Assembly (NCBI GenBank): GCA_042408215.1
Contig: JAYFMW010000020.1
Coordinates: 416,001-480,000 of the forward strand
Direction: 5' to 3'
Source: Microcoleus sp.
Lineage (GTDB): Bacteria; Cyanobacteriota; Cyanobacteriia; Cyanobacteriales; Microcoleaceae
Length of the DNA stretch: 64,000 nucleotides
Below the pieces are notes generated by a model. The model was given only the letters and a program-made list of their open reading frames with translations, made no database searches and was not told where the DNA came from. Positions 58,727 to 64,000 of the stretch are shown one piece after another; within the stretch, counting starts at the first letter, position 1, and every line of letters starts with the position of its first letter. The position numbers and the translations under genes are program-made.

Positions 58727-59530
58727 GTGAACTAACCTGACGGTCAACTGGGTACAGTTAGACCGCAGGCTTCTTTTTCCCTTTTTTCAAGGGCTTTTTT
58801 GAGTGACGAAGTTCCCCCGCCACTTGCGGAATTTAGACCAATTATTTTGATAAGTTTGGCTGAATTTTCATCTCGATCCAAAGACTCGCTGCACTGACAA
58901 GAATGCCATCGGTATGATAATTCTTTAGGTACTTTATTGAGGCAATTCCAACAGTGTTGAGAGGTTCCTTTCGGGTCAACGAATAGAACGCTTTTACCTA
59001 ATTTCCAAGCAACGTATTTGAGCGCAACAGCAAATTGACCATGAGCAGCATCAAGCATTGATTTATTCAAACCACTTTTAGCCGCTTGACCATTTAGCAA
59101 ATAAACTAAATTGCCATCCTCAATGCCAGTCTTGACCTGAGCGCGTCTAGTTAGATTCTTGAGCCTCAAATCTTCAACAACTAATATCGTTTCCGGTTGC
59201 ATCGGAATGATACCGAGTGACAAGACAGTCGTGTCCCTACCCCATTAATTGTAGGGACACGACTGTCTTGTCACTCCGTTTAGATCATTCCGATGAAGAG
59301 AGGATTTAATATAAAACGTCACACTTGCCGAATAAGTTATGTGCTGCCTTGAATTGGAAATCTAGTCGGGATCTAGCTACAAATTGATGAAGTTTAGAAA
59401 TCTTACCCTTGATAATTTTCCAAGGCTTAGATCCCTTAACTCTATCAGCTAGTTTCGCTTGAAGTCTTGCTAATTTCTCGGCAGATTTCCTCAAAAATCT
59501 AGGGTTTTCGATTCGTTCCCCACCTGTTGG
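58727..59530 (-). pseudogene. tnpB: 5'-truncated tnpB (Zn-finger type) split by a MITE
   Basis: IENPRFLRKS..KCDVL | VVEDL..AKSGLNKSMLDAA..GTSQHCWNC..C.C..DRDENSA; right-end-like sequence ending TTCAC at 58727. Confidence 0.88.
59184..59311. mobile_element. 128-bp palindromic MITE inserted at a duplicated TA
   Basis: CATCGGAATGAT...ATCATTCCGATG and GAGTGACAAGACAGTCGTGTCCCTAC / GTAGGGACACGACTGTCTTGTCACTC; removing it and one TA restores CDVLVVEDL. Confidence 0.85.
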
Positions 59531-59960
59531 TGAGCGGCATAAGTGGTGGATTTTTGTTTCGAGTCGGCCCGCATTGAACAAGCCAAACTCGATTGGACAG
59601 AGGGACGGTTTGGTCAGGTTCCTCAAGAGACAGAATTTATCCCAGAATAGCCCCAGCAATCTAACAGGACTTATAGCCTTTCTCAGGTAGATGAGATACG
59701 ATGTAACTAATTTGAACGGAGTGCAAAATATTGAACGCCTCAAGGTCACACAGCTCTAATTCAATGGAGGGATCGCGCGCCCCGATCGCTCATGCGCCAT
59801 CGGCTCACAGTCATTGAGCTGCTCACAGGAGTCGATCGCTCACATCTATCAATGATTGCAGAAAGCATCATACATTACTAAAAATGAAATCTTATTCTGT
59901 TGACTATGGTTATGGAATGATGCAGTCTCATAGACGACAAAGTAAATTATAAAGAATCGC

Positions 59961-60359
59961 TCAATCAACAAATTCAGAACCCAGACTCCAGTTCAAAATT
60001 CCAGCTACTTGAATCGGTAAAGTCATTGCATTAAATGGCTTAGCAAGCACACCCGCAATCCCGAAGGCTTGCAGTTGATGCGACAAAAAGCTTTTGGCTT
60101 TTGCCGTAATGAAGATAACTGGAATGGATGCACTAAATGGGTCTTTTTTAAGTTTTTGAATAAAATTTATCCCATCCGTTTCTAAGTTGGGTGTATCTAG
60201 AAGAATGGCATCCACACGCTCAATAGACAGCTTTTTTAAGCCTGCTTGGATAGAAGCAACGGATATAATCTGCCAACCACCAAAACTGCTTAAACAAATC
60301 TGCAAAACTTCTCGAACAGAAGTCTCATGGTCAATGAGCAAAATCTGCTTATGAGACAT
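59961..60359 (-). CDS. Single-domain response regulator
   Basis: ILLIDH, ILLD, FITAK and AKPF; start taken at MSHKQ. Confidence 0.85.
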   Translation of the reverse strand: MSHKQILLIDHETSVREVLQICLSSFGGWQIISVASIQAGLKKLSIERVDAILLDTPNLETDGINFIQKLKKDPFSASIPVIFITAKAKSFLSHQLQAFGIAGVLAKPFNAMTLPIQVAGILNWSLGSEFVD

Positions 60360-60447
60360 AAAATAAACCGCTTCAACCCTAGAGCTTTTAAAAGATAGCC
60401 TAGAAATATAAGAAATTGATGAGAACAATGTAGCTTCAAGAGAGTCT

Positions 60448-60825
60448 CTAAACGCTCCACCCTAAAAATTGAGCCACCTGTTTCCAAACTTGTCTTGAAT
60501 TGAACGGCTTAATAATCACTCCGGCTACCCCCATTGCAGCAAAGCGACGACGATCGCTAGGCAATGCTTTAGCCGTCAGCAAAACAACTGGAATCATCTG
60601 AGTTTTTAGATCGGCTTGCAGATGCTCAAAGCACTCGAACCCGTCCATATCGGGCATTGAAATATCGAGAATGATGGCATCAAAGGGTTCTGCCTTCGCT
60701 TTGAGCAAACCTTCGCTGCCAGACTCGGCCTTCATCACTTGCCAACCACCAAAGCCTTCGAGGGACATCTGTATCACGTCTCGAATGTCCGCTTCATCAT
60801 CAATCACCAGGATGTGTTTCGTCAT
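60448..60825 (-). CDS. Single-domain response regulator
   Basis: ILVIDDE, IILDISMPDMDG, LLTAK and IKPF. Confidence 0.92.
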   Translation of the reverse strand: MTKHILVIDDEADIRDVIQMSLEGFGGWQVMKAESGSEGLLKAKAEPFDAIILDISMPDMDGFECFEHLQADLKTQMIPVVLLTAKALPSDRRRFAAMGVAGVIIKPFNSRQVWKQVAQFLGWSV

Positions 60826-60852
60826 AATACTGCCCTTTTTTTGTCAAATCTC

Positions 60853-61914
60853 CTAAGTTGATGGTGTCGGGGGGAGCGCTATCTCTTGCTTCAAATCAGC
60901 TAGCAGTTGTGAGAAGCGGGCCGCTTGCCGTTCTTCTAGCAATGAATTGTTTTTGAGGAGATGTTCGATCGAACGAGCAATCTTCGATCCTTTCGGGTAA
61001 CCAAACGTTCCCAGTCCACCTACTAACTTATGCGCTTCTTCTCTGGCATTCTCTTGTTGTTCTGGACTCAAATCATGTGTCTGTAGCGCGAATTTCATTT
61101 CCTCCAAGACTCTAACCCTCGACTCTAAGGACAGTCTAAATCGCTCTTCCACAGCATCCACTGAAGCTAACACTGTTTCGTGCGTTTGAGTTTCCTTCTC
61201 CTCTTTGCTCTCCTGTACCTCTGCGCTCTTTTCGACCGTCGGTGCTGCCTTCAAACGATATCCTAACCCATGAATTGTCTCAATCACTTCTTCAGTAATT
61301 CCTGCTGCTTTTAGCCGAATTCGCAGGTCTTTGATCAAAGTTGTTACGGCTGCCTCCGAAGGCGATTGGTCGATCGACCAAAGCCGATCGATAATGGCAG
61401 TGCGGCTAAAAATGCGCTGAGGATGTCGCAGAAATAGTTCGAGCAGAGTGTACTCTTTGGGTCTAAAGGTGATTTCCTGCTGCTTATAGGTTACTTGCAT
61501 CAAGGTAGGATCTAAACACAAATACCCCCAACTCAAGACGGGAGCAGTAGCACTATCCCCACGACGCAATAATGCCCGTATCCGTGCCAAGAGTTGATTG
61601 GGATTAAATGGTTTGATGACATAATCGTCTGCTCCAGCATCCAACCCTGCGATCGCATCCTCATTGGAATTTTGAGCAGTGAGCATCAGAATCGGAGTCC
61701 AATTGCCTTGGGAGCGCAGTTGACGACAGAGGCTAATTCCATCCAGTTTGGGAATTAATACATCGAGCAAAATCAGATCGTAATCCCACTGCATTAAGAA
61801 CTCCAATGCCAATTGTCCATCGCTCGCTAAATCGACGGCATAGCGATGGGTAGTGAGATTCGCCCAGAGAAGCGCTGCGATTGCTCGATCATCCTCAACT
61901 AATAGAATTTTCAT
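60853..61914 (-). CDS. OmpR-type response regulator with C-terminal Hpt domain (REC-wHTH-Hpt)
   Basis: ILLVEDD, GADDYVIKPF and IETIHGLGYRL, then AHKLVGGLGTFG. Confidence 0.9.
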   Translation of the reverse strand: MKILLVEDDRAIAALLWANLTTHRYAVDLASDGQLALEFLMQWDYDLILLDVLIPKLDGISLCRQLRSQGNWTPILMLTAQNSNEDAIAGLDAGADDYVIKPFNPNQLLARIRALLRRGDSATAPVLSWGYLCLDPTLMQVTYKQQEITFRPKEYTLLELFLRHPQRIFSRTAIIDRLWSIDQSPSEAAVTTLIKDLRIRLKAAGITEEVIETIHGLGYRLKAAPTVEKSAEVQESKEEKETQTHETVLASVDAVEERFRLSLESRVRVLEEMKFALQTHDLSPEQQENAREEAHKLVGGLGTFGYPKGSKIARSIEHLLKNNSLLEERQAARFSQLLADLKQEIALPPTPST

Positions 61915-62006
61915 CGGTTAAGCTGCTACGCAGCTAAATTTAATCACCAGAATCTTCTGGTATCCCGGCAATTATACAGTATCCCTGACCGAACGTCAGG
62001 GGGTTA

Positions 62007-62298
62007 TTGCCATCAGTCCTGGGCCTAAAGGCGTGAGGATTCTTAAGATATTTCGGTCTTAATATCCCTATTGCGCTTAGTTCCCTGGCTGACCACGTTT
62101 GCACGTTACGTGCGTAGTCATATCGACCTAGTGAATGTTTTGGGCGTAGACTTTCCCCCAGTCCGGGGGTAGGTTTTTAAATCTTGTCTGATGTGCTTAT
62201 TCTACCATATTCATTTGTTGAGATAGATGTGTTACATTACTTAACAATGGAAAAAGCCGTCCTAAAAGGGCGGGGTTTTAAACCCAATTTTCTGATAA
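62007..62298 (-). mobile_element. Non-autonomous IS200/IS605-derived mini-element without coding sequence
   Basis: On the minus strand, left-end-like AAATTGGGTTTAAAACCCCGCCCTTTTAGGACGGCTTT and right-end-like AAGAATCCTCACGCCTTTAGGCCCAGG, the latter resembling the 57051-57085 right end. Confidence 0.65.
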
Positions 62299-62535
62299 AA
62301 AATCGCCTAAATACCTGTGCTATTGTCAGGATGAGAACGACTAGAAGAATTTTGCCGATCGGGAAGCCTGAAAAATCGATATTGATAGTTTTTAGCGTAT
62401 CTAAAATGGGTTCCATGATGAGTTGGTCTCCTTGTATATGGTTGATAGGCGATCGCGTAGTTGGCTGTAGGCGATCGCGCTATTCAGTTACTTACTGGAT
62501 TGAGTCAGATGAAATTAGAGGAAATCTTATCGGTT

Positions 62536-64000
62536 TTATTTCCTTAATTGAACCGACAAAATGCTCTCCTTGTGCAAAATCACTAGCTCATGGTTGCAGC
62601 TTCGTAACACAGTGATTCTTTCCTTGAAAACTTCCTGCCACATCTTCATGGCACAATAGTTTTTGATGGGGTTGTAATACAAGTCATTATCTTCGACTCT
62701 AAGAACCACAGCAAAAATACCACCGGGTTTGAGAATCCGAATCAGTTCCTCAAAGCTTTCTAAAGGAACTTGATTGCGAGTGAAAACGCCAGTTGATACT
62801 AAAGCATCAAAGGTATTATCTGCAAAAGAAAGAGTTTCACCCAACTCTTCTAGTTGCAACGCGTTGTAGATACCCTGGTCTTTTAATAAGTCTAAAGACT
62901 TTTGGCTAATATCGAGTCCTTGCAGATTTTTGAAGCCGTAAGAATTGAGTTCTCGACCTAATAATCCTGTCCCACACCCTATATCTAAAATCAAAGCATC
63001 TTTCTTTAAATACGATAGGAGGGTGTAAGCAATATGGTTCAGTAAAACTGTCCAGCCGTTATCGTAATGTTCCTGGTCATAAAATGATACCCAAGTATCG
63101 TATTTTCCCCGGACTTCTTCGATATTTTCAAAGTAGTCTGTTAATCCAGTTGGATAATCTCGATCGTCGTCTTTTCTCAAAATGTTATACAGAACATCTT
63201 TGATAATATAGCCGATTAAATTGAGGTCATCGAAATCAAAAGATGATGGCAACCTCAGATCGCAAGCCGAAGAAATAATCGCTTCTGTTTTTTCCAGACG
63301 GGGTGTTTCTGTGAATGAGTATTGCCAGTTTTTGTAATAACGAGAATTATCGTCTTTGCCAAAAATCTGGATAGCCAAACCCCTCTCGTGAGTTTGTTCA
63401 ACAAATTTATCGACCTGTTTTGAAGTTAATCCCAAAAGATTAAATTGCAAACTGTCAGGCGCACGTTTCACTTTGTCCAAAGGAGAGGGAATATAAATAT
63501 TTCTGACGGAACTGAGTATTTTTACTAGACGATCGTATCTTTCTATCCCTTGAGATATCTTGTGTTCTAAATGTTTAATTTGAGGTCTTAAGACAGCAGC
63601 CGTTAAGTTACTCATTCGCAAACTGAAATTGGGAACATGAGGCTTCAGTTCTTCAAATAAATTGTCATCTAATGGACGAGCCAAATGTTTCTTGTACAAC
63701 TTTTCGTAAGAACCTGCTGCGAGAATACAATAGGCGGCTAATTGTGGATTATTGGTGGCAATTAAACCCCCTTCACCAGAGTTAAGTAATTTATAACTTT
63801 GGGTACTAAAGCAAGCAATTTTTCCATGATGTCCGACCAAGTTTCCATCCCATTCGGCACCTAGACTATGAGCGCAGTCTTCTATTAAAGAAATTCCGGC
63901 GCGATCGCAAATATTCTTGACAGCATCTAAATCGGGAATATGTCCTCGCATATAGGATAAAACAAAGAACTTTGCGTCTGGATGAGATTCTATTTTACGT
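62536..64000 (-). CDS. DegT/DnrJ-family PLP enzyme fused to a C-terminal class I SAM methyltransferase (5' end outside the window)
   Basis: IEDCAHSLG and FSTQSYKLLNSGEGG, then ILDIGCGTGL, GLDIS and RILKPGG; the frame stays open to the window edge. Confidence 0.85.
   Translation of the reverse strand, partial: RKIESHPDAKFFVLSYMRGHIPDLDAVKNICDRAGISLIEDCAHSLGAEWDGNLVGHHGKIACFSTQSYKLLNSGEGGLIATNNPQLAAYCILAAGSYEKLYKKHLARPLDDNLFEELKPHVPNFSLRMSNLTAAVLRPQIKHLEHKISQGIERYDRLVKILSSVRNIYIPSPLDKVKRAPDSLQFNLLGLTSKQVDKFVEQTHERGLAIQIFGKDDNSRYYKNWQYSFTETPRLEKTEAIISSACDLRLPSSFDFDDLNLIGYIIKDVLYNILRKDDDRDYPTGLTDYFENIEEVRGKYDTWVSFYDQEHYDNGWTVLLNHIAYTLLSYLKKDALILDIGCGTGLLGRELNSYGFKNLQGLDISQKSLDLLKDQGIYNALQLEELGETLSFADNTFDALVSTGVFTRNQVPLESFEELIRILKPGGIFAVVLRVEDNDLYYNPIKNYCAMKMWQEVFKERITVLRSCNHELVILHKESILSVQLRK

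Noticed and set aside
59530..59749. N-terminal part of the 147-aa ORF at 59306-59749
   Set aside because: Only the C-terminal half is tnpB-like; the rest is read-through of non-coding and MITE remnants
62184..62615. 143-aa plus-strand ORF
   Set aside because: It spans an IS end and overlaps a real gene on the opposite strand; no motif

Overview
A 64-kb chromosomal window from a filamentous cyanobacterium of Oscillatoriales/Microcoleus type. This is inferred from abundant HIP1 (GCGATCGC) sites, heptamer STRR repeats and cyanobacterial marker genes (ntcB, cnaT, cruP-like, rpoZ). In order it holds: (1) a cheY-cheW-MCP taxis unit whose chemoreceptor carries an ethylene-receptor-like membrane domain and five PAS domains; (2) housekeeping genes and an ntcB-cnaT-mobA nitrate-assimilation accessory cluster behind a canonical NtcA promoter; (3) a ~22-kb Wzx/Wzy exopolysaccharide locus whose first enzyme is a CapD/PglF dehydratase fused to a degenerate EAL domain; (4) mixed core genes, a GIY-YIG orphan, tRNA-Pro(GGG), three IS200/IS605 tnpB loci (one intact, two pseudogenes) and a coding-less IS605-like mini-element; (5) three response regulators without a kinase and a DegT-aminotransferase/methyltransferase fusion that runs off the window end. 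Intergenic DNA is rich in nested MITEs and REP-like tandem arrays. No CRISPR array is present. All family assignments come from motif recognition by eye, not from database searches.
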